Of a stretch of 64,000 bases of DNA, positions 20,490 to 29,374 are shown one piece after another. The first letter of the stretch is position 1, and each line of letters begins with the position of its first letter. The position numbers and the translations under genes are program-made. The notes under the pieces were generated by a model that saw only the letters and a list, made by a program, of their open reading frames with translations, was not told the DNA's origin and did no database searches. The stretch is from the IMG/VR virus record IMGVR_UViG_3300011832_000025. One strand, given 5' to 3'. The DNA comes from a virus. Its lineage: Duplodnaviria > Caudoviricetes.

Positions 20490-21067
20490 ACACCGAAAAC
20501 ACTTACGCCAATATTACCACTTTGCGGACCCAACAAGAAAGAAACCTCAATTATGGCGTGATAGCCAATTTGGGGACAATGGCGCTGATCCTCAGTGGGT
20601 CGTTCATTTCTCTTCCCATAATAATGGGAACAGCCACTACAGTGGGTGTGGCGGCAATCTTTGATTCGCAATGGCGTCGGGCGCAGTTCAATAAAAAGGT
20701 GCGGCAAGCCGAAACCCAATTTGTCCAAATTCACGGAAATTCACAAGAACGCGAAACGGTTCAACATATAAGTGACGAAGAAAAAAAACGTGTAAAAATA
20801 TACACGTTGAAAAGCGGTTTAGCTTTGGGCGGGGTTCTCGCGGGGTTTTTGGCCGCCCACAATTTGTTGCCCGACGCCTCTTCTGTGATGATGACCGTCA
20901 CCGCGATTGTCGCCAGCGCAGTGGTGTTAAATGTGCCGGGCGTCAAAAAAGAAGAAAAAATAATCGACCGCTTGCGCAAACAACGCGCCGAAGTGGCCGA
21001 CCGTTTAAGCGCGCGTCAGCCTTCCGCCTCGCCAGAGCCCCCGCGCTCCCCCGGTTGTAAGATATGA
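20486..21067 (+). CDS. hypothetical membrane protein (two pairs of hydrophobic helices)
   Basis: ATGA overlap with upstream gene; hydrophobic pairs. Confidence 0.65.
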   Translation: MNTENTYANITTLRTQQERNLNYGVIANLGTMALILSGSFISLPIIMGTATTVGVAAIFDSQWRRAQFNKKVRQAETQFVQIHGNSQERETVQHISDEEKKRVKIYTLKSGLALGGVLAGFLAAHNLLPDASSVMMTVTAIVASAVVLNVPGVKKEEKIIDRLRKQRAEVADRLSARQPSASPEPPRSPGCKI

Positions 21068-21127
21068 CGGTTGAATTTGTCCTGCGTCTGCGGTACACTG
21101 CGCCTCTTTAATGAGGCGTTCGTGTTT

Positions 21128-21736
21128 ATGAGTGTATTGTTGCAATTGTCCGCCGGTCAAGGCCCCAAAGAGTGTGGGGAAGCCGTCGCGCGCGCGGTGA
21201 AAAAGATTATGAAAGACGCTGCCGCCGCCAAAATTGCTCTTGAAATTGTCGAACACAATCAGACCTCGGAAGGAACCCGCTCGGTGGTGTTCGCGTTGGA
21301 GGACAGCGCGGAGGCGTGGGCCCGGAAGTGGGAAGGGAGTATGTTGTGGATCTGCCCCCTGCGTTCAGGGTCCGCCCGCAAAAATTGGTACTTCAGTGGC
21401 AGTGTGTTTGCCCCCCAGTCGTTGCCGTCCTTCAATCCAACGGAGGTGGTGTTTCAAACCTGCCGCTCTTCAGGCGCCGGAGGCCAGCACGTCAACACCA
21501 CCAATTCCGCCGTACAGGCGGTGCACACCCCCAGCGGTTTGAGCGTACGGGTGGAGAACGAGCGCAGCCAACACGCCAACAAAAAGCGCGCGGTGGAACT
21601 GTTGCAAATGAAAATGGCTCAACACAACGCCGCGTTGGGCGCCAACGAAAAATCACAACAACGCTTGCAGCACCATCTTCTGGAACGCGGCAACCCGGTG
21701 CGGATTTTTCACGGAACCGACTTTATTGAAAAATAA
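21128..21736 (+). CDS. prfH: peptide chain release factor H
   Basis: LLQLSAGQGPKEC, WEGSMLWIC, RKNWY, RSSGAGGQHVNTTNSAV, ERSQHANK, ERGNPVRIF. Confidence 0.92.
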   Translation: MSVLLQLSAGQGPKECGEAVARAVKKIMKDAAAAKIALEIVEHNQTSEGTRSVVFALEDSAEAWARKWEGSMLWICPLRSGSARKNWYFSGSVFAPQSLPSFNPTEVVFQTCRSSGAGGQHVNTTNSAVQAVHTPSGLSVRVENERSQHANKKRAVELLQMKMAQHNAALGANEKSQQRLQHHLLERGNPVRIFHGTDFIEK

Positions 21737-21748
21737 TAATTAACCAGA

Positions 21749-22273
21749 TCAGTTGGTGTTTTTGGGCCGAGCGCCGTGATCGTCCCAATTGTCTTGCACC
21801 GCTTTGGCCAATTGAGGGGCAATGCTGCGCAAGCGGCTTAGGGGCACGTCTGATCCATAAGGATCATAACAACCGGTGGTGCGTTTCCATTCCTGCTCAC
21901 TGCAGTATTGCGCGCACCACATAATAGTGTCCGGATCAGCCAAGGCACAAGCGGCCAGCAACGGAGTGACTTTATCCACATTGGAGTGATTGAATTGGGC
22001 GCCCCGCTCCAGCATTTGTTCCACCAAAGAAAATTGCTGAGTCAACAAAGCGGCCATCAATGGAGAAACGGTGACCATTGGAGAGTGCGGCGCCAAGGAG
22101 TCCAAACTAAACCGCTTCACCCCCGCGCACAATCGACCGTCCAAATCAGCCGGAGACAAACTCACCACGGTGGTGTAAAAATCTCCATCCTGAGAAGGCA
22201 AGGTCGCGCAATGACGGTCCAGAATTTTCAGGACACACAACGCAACGCGGGGGAATTCATTCAAATCAAGCAT
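21749..22273 (-). CDS. hypothetical protein with ankyrin-like repeats
   Basis: SPLMAALL...LLERGA...TPLLAAC. Confidence 0.6.
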   Translation of the reverse strand: MLDLNEFPRVALCVLKILDRHCATLPSQDGDFYTTVVSLSPADLDGRLCAGVKRFSLDSLAPHSPMVTVSPLMAALLTQQFSLVEQMLERGAQFNHSNVDKVTPLLAACALADPDTIMWCAQYCSEQEWKRTTGCYDPYGSDVPLSRLRSIAPQLAKAVQDNWDDHGARPKNTN

Positions 22274-22422
22274 AGCACCACCACCGTACAATAACACCAG
22301 AATAACAAAAAAAACCGCGCTCGGCCACCCTTGTTCGCGTTTTTGCGGAAAAAGAAGACATTGCGGATGCTGAAAAACATTTTTTTTGGTACAATAAAGA
22401 AAAACAGCCGTAGAGATCTTTC

Positions 22423-23475
22423 ATGAAAAACCACATTATTGTTACCCACGCCGGATCGTTCCACGCCGACGAAGCTATGGCCATTGCGCTGCTGGAAAAA
22501 TACTACTTGCCCGCCCCAACTCACATGGCCATTGGAGTGGAAAGCGAGACAATTGCTCAATGGTTGACCAACCAATCCCAGCCTTCTGCTCCGCGCTTGT
22601 TTTACCCCGACGGTGTGGAAGAGTGCCGCACGCCGAGCTTCGTGGTGCGCACCCGCGACACGTCGCTGCTGAAAGCTGCCCGCGCCAATTCTGAGGTGTT
22701 TGTGGTGGACGTGGGTGGCGAATACGACGCAAAAGCCTTGAATTTTGACCACCACCAAAGCCACATGAACCAAACCTGGGACGACGGCACCCCGTTGTCC
22801 AGCACGGGTTTGATTTGGAAATGGCTGGAATCGCAAAACCTGTTGAAAGAGGTTCACGCCGACGTGCGCGCAGAATTGGTGGACAAGCTGATTAAACCGT
22901 TGGATTCCCACGACAACGGCTTGGTGAATTTCCCTCCCGCCAGCCAATTGGCGGGCTACAACCGCTCAAGCGACAATCCTGATGAACAAAACCGTCAGTT
23001 TGCAAAAGCCAAGCAAGTGATGAGCGATGTTTTGGAAAACACAATTTTCACCGCGGAACTGAAATTGGAAGCAAAACAGGTCTTGAGCAAAGGCTGGGCC
23101 AAGGCCCAAAGTTTTGGCGACACCCACGTGTTGCTGCGCGACCATATTTCGTACCACGATTGCCCCATGCTGCTGAAAGAAATTTCTCAAGGCAAAGCCG
23201 ATATGGTTGTGATTCCCGGTCAAGGCAACCGTTTCAGTTTGATCAGCACCCCTAAAGACACCGGTTTTTCCATTAAAACCCCTGTGCCCGAACAATGGCG
23301 AGGAAAAATGGACCAAACCGTGAACATCAATGGTAAAAATATTATGATTCGCTTTGCGCACAAAAGCGGCTTTATGTGTGTGGTGGAAGGAACACACAAA
23401 GACGCCCAAACGGTGGCCCGCTATGTGATTGCGCAAAACACCACCCCTCAAAACAAACGCGGAGCAAAAATGTGA
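22423..23475 (+). CDS. MYG1 family (DHH-like) exonuclease
   Basis: THAGSFHADE, VVRTRD, DVGGEYD, FDHHQ, LSSTGLIW, FAHKSGF. Confidence 0.9.
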   Translation: MKNHIIVTHAGSFHADEAMAIALLEKYYLPAPTHMAIGVESETIAQWLTNQSQPSAPRLFYPDGVEECRTPSFVVRTRDTSLLKAARANSEVFVVDVGGEYDAKALNFDHHQSHMNQTWDDGTPLSSTGLIWKWLESQNLLKEVHADVRAELVDKLIKPLDSHDNGLVNFPPASQLAGYNRSSDNPDEQNRQFAKAKQVMSDVLENTIFTAELKLEAKQVLSKGWAKAQSFGDTHVLLRDHISYHDCPMLLKEISQGKADMVVIPGQGNRFSLISTPKDTGFSIKTPVPEQWRGKMDQTVNINGKNIMIRFAHKSGFMCVVEGTHKDAQTVARYVIAQNTTPQNKRGAKM

Positions 23476-23807
23476 ACACTTTTTTGGAAAACGCCTACAA
23501 CACTTTTGTGGATTACTGCCAACAATTGGAAAACACAGCCAAACCGGGTTTTGGAGGAATGTGGACCGCCGAAAACAATAAGGGCGATGAGACGGTTGTG
23601 CATCAAACCTACGATGGGGGCTATACCGGCGTCGTGCGTTCCCCCAAATATGGCTTTGCGATCTCTTTTGCTTACACTTACGCCCAAGGAAACAGTTACA
23701 CATTACAAACGGGCACTGAAAAAAGTGTGCTGGAATGTTTGTCCCACTGCCAAGATATGTTGCGCACCGCGCCTCAGGTGTCCGTTGGGGTTAAACCCAA
23801 AAGGTAA
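23472..23807 (+). CDS. hypothetical protein
   Basis: GTG start overlapping the MYG1 stop; RBS ggag. Confidence 0.55.
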   Translation: MNTFLENAYNTFVDYCQQLENTAKPGFGGMWTAENNKGDETVVHQTYDGGYTGVVRSPKYGFAISFAYTYAQGNSYTLQTGTEKSVLECLSHCQDMLRTAPQVSVGVKPKR

Positions 23808-23816
23808 ATTCCGGTT

Positions 23817-24179
23817 TTAAAATTCTTCAACAATTTTGCGATGGGTGGTCAAACACGTCACTGTTTGGCCCCCTTTGTCCCTCACAAACCGCACGCGGTA
23901 CATTTCTTGCGTGTTGGCAAGCACTTCCGCTGGGTACACCGCGGCCAAATCTTGAACGTGCTGCGCGCAGCGGGAGAAGTCTTCCGCTACACTGGAGGCT
24001 TGAGGGGTGGAAGAAGCCCGGGGAACGGACGAAGCGGGAAGGGAACGCGTTCCACTGTGGCAATGGTATCCACCGTTTTTACGGTCGTTGTGGCAGCCTT
24101 GCGCGTTGGTGCGTCCACTGTGCGCTCCCGCCGAAAAAGACACCACCACAATCATTCCCAAAACGATTTGTCTCCACAT
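23817..24179 (-). CDS. YHYH-domain secreted protein
   Basis: Signal peptide then AHSGRTNAQGCHNDRKNGGYHCH. Confidence 0.8.
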   Translation of the reverse strand: MWRQIVLGMIVVVSFSAGAHSGRTNAQGCHNDRKNGGYHCHSGTRSLPASSVPRASSTPQASSVAEDFSRCAQHVQDLAAVYPAEVLANTQEMYRVRFVRDKGGQTVTCLTTHRKIVEEF

Positions 24180-24281
24180 GGTCTCCACCTGTCTGAATTG
24201 AATGTTAACCGTTGTATAAGACAGTATAGCTTTTGGCAAGGAATTTTGTAATCTTTAAACACATCATCAATGGAGCGTGTT

Positions 24282-24419
24282 ATGAAAAAAGTATTTTTAT
24301 TGGCGTTATTGGGTGCTGTTGTGGCGTTAACCGGTTGCAACACGATCGCAGGGGCGGGAAAAGACGTTCAACGCGCCGGCGAAGGTATTGAAGACGCAGC
24401 TCACGACGCCCGCAACTAA
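24282..24419 (+). CDS. entericidin A/B family lipoprotein (45 aa, below ORF-track cutoff)
   Basis: MKKVFLLALLGAVVALTGCNTIAGAGKDVQRAGEGIEDAAHDARN; lipobox LTGC; RBS ggag. Confidence 0.9.
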   Translation: MKKVFLLALLGAVVALTGCNTIAGAGKDVQRAGEGIEDAAHDARN

Positions 24420-24537
24420 CAGACTGACGGGAAACTCACGGAGTGATGGGCAGGTATTGAAAAGTCCTATCTTACAAGCCCGCGTTTTAAAGAGACACAA
24501 TCAAAAGGAGCCCTTGGCTCCTTTTGATTGTGTAACA

Positions 24538-25764
24538 CTACATTTTTCGAACACTCGTTGGACGGCGCGTGGATTGCGGCTGTACACTCTGAGTTAAAAA
24601 GAATTTGCTCACTTGCGCTTGAATGGACGCGGGCAAGTAATCAAAAACAGTTTTGTTTTGGTCTCCGTTGGGATACGGAGTGTGGAAACCGTCTGCGTTG
24701 ATCCGCAAAAGCACACCCACCAACTTTTTCATTTCCGCGGTGTTAACATTGTAATGTTGATACTCCGGATCCCGAGTGAAACCAAAGGCTTGCGCTAAAA
24801 CCTGAATAATATTTCGCCCCTCTTGAGAGGTCCAATTTGAATAAACAGATTTGAGGCGCAACACATTATAGGCTTGCGTGGAATGAGACGGATAGGGGCT
24901 AAGAATGGTGGTGTGCAGAAAGTCTTCCGCGATTTTGGGTGTGCTCAATTGGCTTTCCACGTGCGAACACCCCGCCGGGCTTTTAAGGATGCTTTCCAAA
25001 TGCTGAGGGGCGTGATGAATAACCGCGGAAATCCAGGGTTCGGGTGTGTGGGAAAACGCCGCCACGCCCAAAAAGGCTTCCATACGATTTCTCAAATTGG
25101 ATGGGAGTTGGCACACTGTTTTTTGCAAAGACAGAACGTTTTCCAAATTCATTGCAAAACACATCCGAATGTCGGTCGCGTTTTCGTTTGCCAAATGATC
25201 AATCACGCACTGGGCGGTTTTACACATTAAGTTTACCGACCCCATCCGCCCCGCAAAACCGGCAAAAACCGTAAGAGTGGCGTTCAAAATAGTGGGAATG
25301 TTTTTGTAAGCGGAATTGGCCCGCGCGTTGTCCAACAATACATCAAAATAGGCACTCAACCATTGAACAAAATGAGGATTTTTGGTGCGTTCAATGGCGT
25401 ACCGGCAAGAATAATGAAACACATCGAAATCTTTGATCAGAAGCGGAGAAAAATAATCCAAACATTCCGCTGATCCATTTTCCAAAAGATAAAGCAAATT
25501 TTTCTGCGGCAGAGACTTGGCGGACGAGTATAAAGTGTTCAATATGCCAAAGTTGAAGTTTTCCAAACACGCCGCGAATAGGTCTTGACCATCCACAACT
25601 CCCCGAACACGCGCCCCATTTTTAACAGCGGTTTGAACCAAAGAGAGGTCTTGGGTTTGGATGCCTTCCAACAACATGGCTTGAGCGTCGGCTTTGGCCA
25701 TTTTTTCGGAAGGATTTCGCCGCCGTTGTTCTTTGTCTGAAAGAATTTGTTCCAAAATGGTCAT
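24538..25764 (-). CDS. hypothetical protein, tail VRKM
   Basis: Long ORF from MTILEQ. Confidence 0.7.
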   Translation of the reverse strand: MTILEQILSDKEQRRRNPSEKMAKADAQAMLLEGIQTQDLSLVQTAVKNGARVRGVVDGQDLFAACLENFNFGILNTLYSSAKSLPQKNLLYLLENGSAECLDYFSPLLIKDFDVFHYSCRYAIERTKNPHFVQWLSAYFDVLLDNARANSAYKNIPTILNATLTVFAGFAGRMGSVNLMCKTAQCVIDHLANENATDIRMCFAMNLENVLSLQKTVCQLPSNLRNRMEAFLGVAAFSHTPEPWISAVIHHAPQHLESILKSPAGCSHVESQLSTPKIAEDFLHTTILSPYPSHSTQAYNVLRLKSVYSNWTSQEGRNIIQVLAQAFGFTRDPEYQHYNVNTAEMKKLVGVLLRINADGFHTPYPNGDQNKTVFDYLPASIQAQVSKFFLTQSVQPQSTRRPTSVRKM

Positions 25765-25938
25765 ACACACCACACAAATAAAAAGAGTGTTTTCAGTATA
25801 CCAAAATATTTTCCTCACAACAGCTGCCCCAATTGGCAAACTGTTTCACTTTCCGCTTTGGGGCAATGACGAAGCGTTACCCGCAGACAACTAAAGGGAC
25901 CCAAAAGGTCCCTGTAGTTGTTTGGGTGGATCCATCGA

Positions 25939-26844
25939 TCAGAACGACAAGCGTACACCCGCCGCTGGCCCATGAACCCGCAACCGTCCCGTCACATCGG
26001 CGCGTCCGGTGTAATCAACACCATCCACTGTGCGGCTGATGTTGTAGTCGTCTTTCAGCTTCAGTTCAAACCAGTCGTATCCAACAAACGCGCTCCAGTT
26101 GGGCGAAAAAGCATAGCCCACTTGAACATTGGCGTGAATGAAGTGCCCATCCTGATCAAAATCACCCCATTCTGTTTTAAAGCCCTTCACCCCAGCGCGC
26201 ACGTCCCACGGACTGTTTTGCGGACGCCATTTGGCTTGCAATCCAATACCCGGGGCGTACGCGGTTTTGCTAAACGAGGCGCTGTCGTCATAAGCGTAAA
26301 AGTCCCCATCAACCAATCCTTCCGCGGTCACGCGTCCGGCCATGCGAATGCGCGCGCCGTAGGCTCCAATCAACCCCGTCACACTCGTGGTGTCGTTGCG
26401 GTAGAAATCATACCCATAGTTGATGTTATACAATTCAAATTTGGTTTTCAGTTTGGCCCGCCCCGCCACGTTGTAATCCACAAACGGAGGCAAAGTGGGA
26501 TCTTCCGCGGGAGATGTGTCAATTGTGCCCGCATCGGCGCCATCCCACGATTGATCGCCTTTCACGCGATACCAACTGCCATTAACGGTGTGGCGGGTTG
26601 CTGGGCGCCAGGTGAAATCAAGCATTCCGCCTTTAAATCGGTCGTCAAAGCGTTCGCTGCCCGAACCCACTTCCGTTTGGGTGCCGTCCGTAACCGAGCC
26701 ACTTCCGCTGCCCTTAATTTCCATTTTGGGTCGGTAATACGACCCGCTGATTTCGAATTTGGACTCCGGAGCTTGCTCCGCGTGCGCCGTGGCCACAGTG
26801 CTCAACCCCAAAACGGCGGCGGTCAACACAGAAATTTTCAACAT
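25939..26844 (-). CDS. outer-membrane beta-barrel protein
   Basis: Signal peptide, alternating aromatic/Gly strands, C-terminal ...GVRLSF. Confidence 0.85.
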   Translation of the reverse strand: MLKISVLTAAVLGLSTVATAHAEQAPESKFEISGSYYRPKMEIKGSGSGSVTDGTQTEVGSGSERFDDRFKGGMLDFTWRPATRHTVNGSWYRVKGDQSWDGADAGTIDTSPAEDPTLPPFVDYNVAGRAKLKTKFELYNINYGYDFYRNDTTSVTGLIGAYGARIRMAGRVTAEGLVDGDFYAYDDSASFSKTAYAPGIGLQAKWRPQNSPWDVRAGVKGFKTEWGDFDQDGHFIHANVQVGYAFSPNWSAFVGYDWFELKLKDDYNISRTVDGVDYTGRADVTGRLRVHGPAAGVRLSF

Positions 26845-27329
26845 ACATAATCCTTTTAATAAACGGTGTTCGCAAAAGAATATAAAAAGCCCTATGGTTG
26901 CGCAAGATTTGTGTAATAAAAAAGTTAAAGTGTGTTCAGTTGTGCCAAAAAAGTGTGAAGCGGTAGTTTCCTCCACCTCAAAAGTTTTTCAAAAAACGAA
27001 ATAAGGAAAGCGGCTTTGATTGTAAATATTAAAACATCCATTCACACCATGACGTCCATGTACGCCCCATCCCGCAACAATTTATTGACTAACGCTTTGG
27101 CGTATATGGTGCGGGCGCTTTACACGTTGGTGGTAAACGCCACCGTCAAACCGGAAATAAGAAAAGGAGAGTGTTTCATAAAGAATCTTGAAGTGTATCG
27201 GAAGTAAATAGATCTATAACGGTGTATTGATTTTCCTATCTGTTTATATAAAAACTCTATTTTTAAATTGTTGAATCAAATTCATGCGTATTTGTGCACT
27301 CTGTGAACACAACAAGGGAAAAGTGAAGG

Positions 27330-28007
27330 ATGATCGGATTTAAACATCAGCGGTTCGTTTGGGTTGCTTTATGGGTTTTCTTTTGTGTTTGCGCGAGCGC
27401 CTGCGCGCAAAAACCCCCCGCCACTCGCTTACTCAACGCGCAAACCCCAACCCCTATATTGGTGTTTGGCGACAGTTTGTCCGCTGGATTTAATATTCCC
27501 GCGGAGCAAAAATGGTCGCAACATTTGGAAAGCCGTCTGCGCGCTGAAGGGGTTTTGCGACCCGATCAACATATTGCCAACGCTTCCGTAAGTGGAGAAA
27601 CCACCAGCGGGGGATTGCGCCGCTTGCCAGACGAATTAGCAAAATCCCAACCGGTTGTCGTGATCTTACAACTGGGCGCCAACGACGCCTTACGTCGGCA
27701 ATCCCTGTCCACCATGAAAAGCAATTTGGAGCAAATGATTTCTTTAGCGCGCCAGAACAACGCCACCGTTATTTTGGTGGGGGTCAAACCAATGGGGTTG
27801 TTGTCGTTGGTCAATTCAGCGCGCTTTACGGACGTTTACGCTCAGGTGGCCCAGGAGCAATCGGTAATTTTCGTGCCCAATTTGTTTGACGATCTGTCCT
27901 CGTCCCAGCTTCAAGACGACCACTTGCACCCCACCGCGCAAGCACAACCCCATATGGCTGAAACCTTGTACCCCGCCATACTGGAAGCTTCCCGCTCCAC
28001 TCCTTAA
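27330..28007 (+). CDS. SGNH/GDSL arylesterase (TesA-like)
   Basis: FGDSLSAG, NASVSGETT, LGANDA, DHLHP. Confidence 0.92.
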   Translation: MIGFKHQRFVWVALWVFFCVCASACAQKPPATRLLNAQTPTPILVFGDSLSAGFNIPAEQKWSQHLESRLRAEGVLRPDQHIANASVSGETTSGGLRRLPDELAKSQPVVVILQLGANDALRRQSLSTMKSNLEQMISLARQNNATVILVGVKPMGLLSLVNSARFTDVYAQVAQEQSVIFVPNLFDDLSSSQLQDDHLHPTAQAQPHMAETLYPAILEASRSTP

Positions 28008-28018
28008 GAAATGAAAAT

Positions 28019-28672
28019 CTACAAAGATAAGTGCGAGGGCGGCACGGGTTGCGAAGTGTGGGTTTCCACAACAACATCAACCGTCAACGGTTCGCTTAAG
28101 CTCTGCAGCAATTCTTGATTGGATTGGAGGGTGCGCTGCCGCCGCCGATCGTGTTCCAACACTTCAATGAGATGTTCAGCGCGCTGGGTTAAAGAACGCA
28201 CCACCCATTGGGGCAGCAAGCCTTGCTCACACAACTGAACCACATCCCGCAAAACGTCTGCGCAATGAACCGATCCGCGCAACGGTTGCAGCGTGGTGAG
28301 AAGAGAGGAAATGTCGTCTTCAGACCCCATCACTTGTTTTTGCAGACGGTGTTTGCGCACCACCCAGTACCCCACCGCAAGCCCCACAGTGGCCGCTGAG
28401 GCCAATATGGTCTCCACACCGGCGTGCCAATACATTTCCCCCCACCCGTACGCCAACGCCCCTCCGGTGAGGGCGCCCACCAATAGGGTGTGATCAGAGG
28501 GGCGGTTGCGTTCCACCTCCGCCACAAAACGCAAGCGGTTGCTCAAGCGTTGTTGTTTCCAATGTTCCGCCGCCGTGTCCGGAACCACTTCCACCCGCGC
28601 GTCGCGCACCAATTGATGGAATACACGCAAGGATTGCTTGAAGGTTTCGGACATAACGTGATCGGAACTCAT
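28019..28672 (-). CDS. 2-TM membrane protein, dispersed member of LPxxWW family
   Basis: Two TM segments; LLPQWVV; tail HLSL. Confidence 0.6.
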   Translation of the reverse strand: MSSDHVMSETFKQSLRVFHQLVRDARVEVVPDTAAEHWKQQRLSNRLRFVAEVERNRPSDHTLLVGALTGGALAYGWGEMYWHAGVETILASAATVGLAVGYWVVRKHRLQKQVMGSEDDISSLLTTLQPLRGSVHCADVLRDVVQLCEQGLLPQWVVRSLTQRAEHLIEVLEHDRRRQRTLQSNQELLQSLSEPLTVDVVVETHTSQPVPPSHLSL

Positions 28673-28801
28673 AACACTCTCAATAAAAAAAACAGTTCTG
28701 TTGGTAGCCCAGAAGATCGTGTTCGTCAAGACACGCTGTTCATCAACCGTCGGGTTTTGGTGAACAAAAAGATGTGGTACAATAAGGAAAAAGAGGTCCG
28801 T

Positions 28802-29311
28802 ATGAGCCAGTACGATATTAAAGACGCGTATGTCCACGCCGTGAACGCCGCCAATCGCTTATGCGATGAAATCGGCCGCACCCATTTTCAATCCTCTGAT
28901 CCGGACAGTGAATTAAATTGGGAAACAGTAAAAGACCCCAACAAGCGCGCGAAGGTGTACACCCATTTTACCCAATGGTTGATCACCGACGCGGAAACCG
29001 CTCCCACCTTGGACGACAAAGTGTTGGCGTTAAACACCGTTGTGAACGCACTCGTGGCGGACTTGGCGCGGTTGGCTCCGTTCAACGCGCCTGTTGTGGT
29101 CGCCCAGAGCATGGAAGACTCACTGCGAATTTGCACCAAAAACGGGTCCTTCAGCAACTTGCAAGGCTTGCGCTATCACGTGGAGCAAGAAGAGCTCGAC
29201 GCGCGCTTAAACATAGAGGCTGTGGTGTACGCCGCTCAACAATATCTGATTGCCAACGAGCAAACGTTCAACGCTTTGATGTTGACAAATCCGCCCCGCT
29301 TGAAAATGTGA
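28802..29311 (+). CDS. hypothetical protein, tail RLKM
   Basis: RBS gagg; upstream tgtggtacaat promoter-like motif. Confidence 0.7.
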   Translation: MSQYDIKDAYVHAVNAANRLCDEIGRTHFQSSDPDSELNWETVKDPNKRAKVYTHFTQWLITDAETAPTLDDKVLALNTVVNALVADLARLAPFNAPVVVAQSMEDSLRICTKNGSFSNLQGLRYHVEQEELDARLNIEAVVYAAQQYLIANEQTFNALMLTNPPRLKM

Positions 29312-29374
29312 CCGTTTTAGCATGTGTTGAAAAGCCCCCATGTTTGGGGGCTTTTCAATTGTGTTTTTGTCCAT

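Noticed and set aside
25918-26850. 310-aa plus-strand ORF and similar long antisense ORFs (813-1571, 11181-12179, 22261-22947, 54484-55452)
   Set aside because: Shadows of well-supported genes on the opposite strand
26961-27207. Small ORFs between the OM barrel and esterase genes
   Set aside because: The minus-strand ATG at 27179 stops after 19 codons, and the plus-strand 63-aa ORF lacks support
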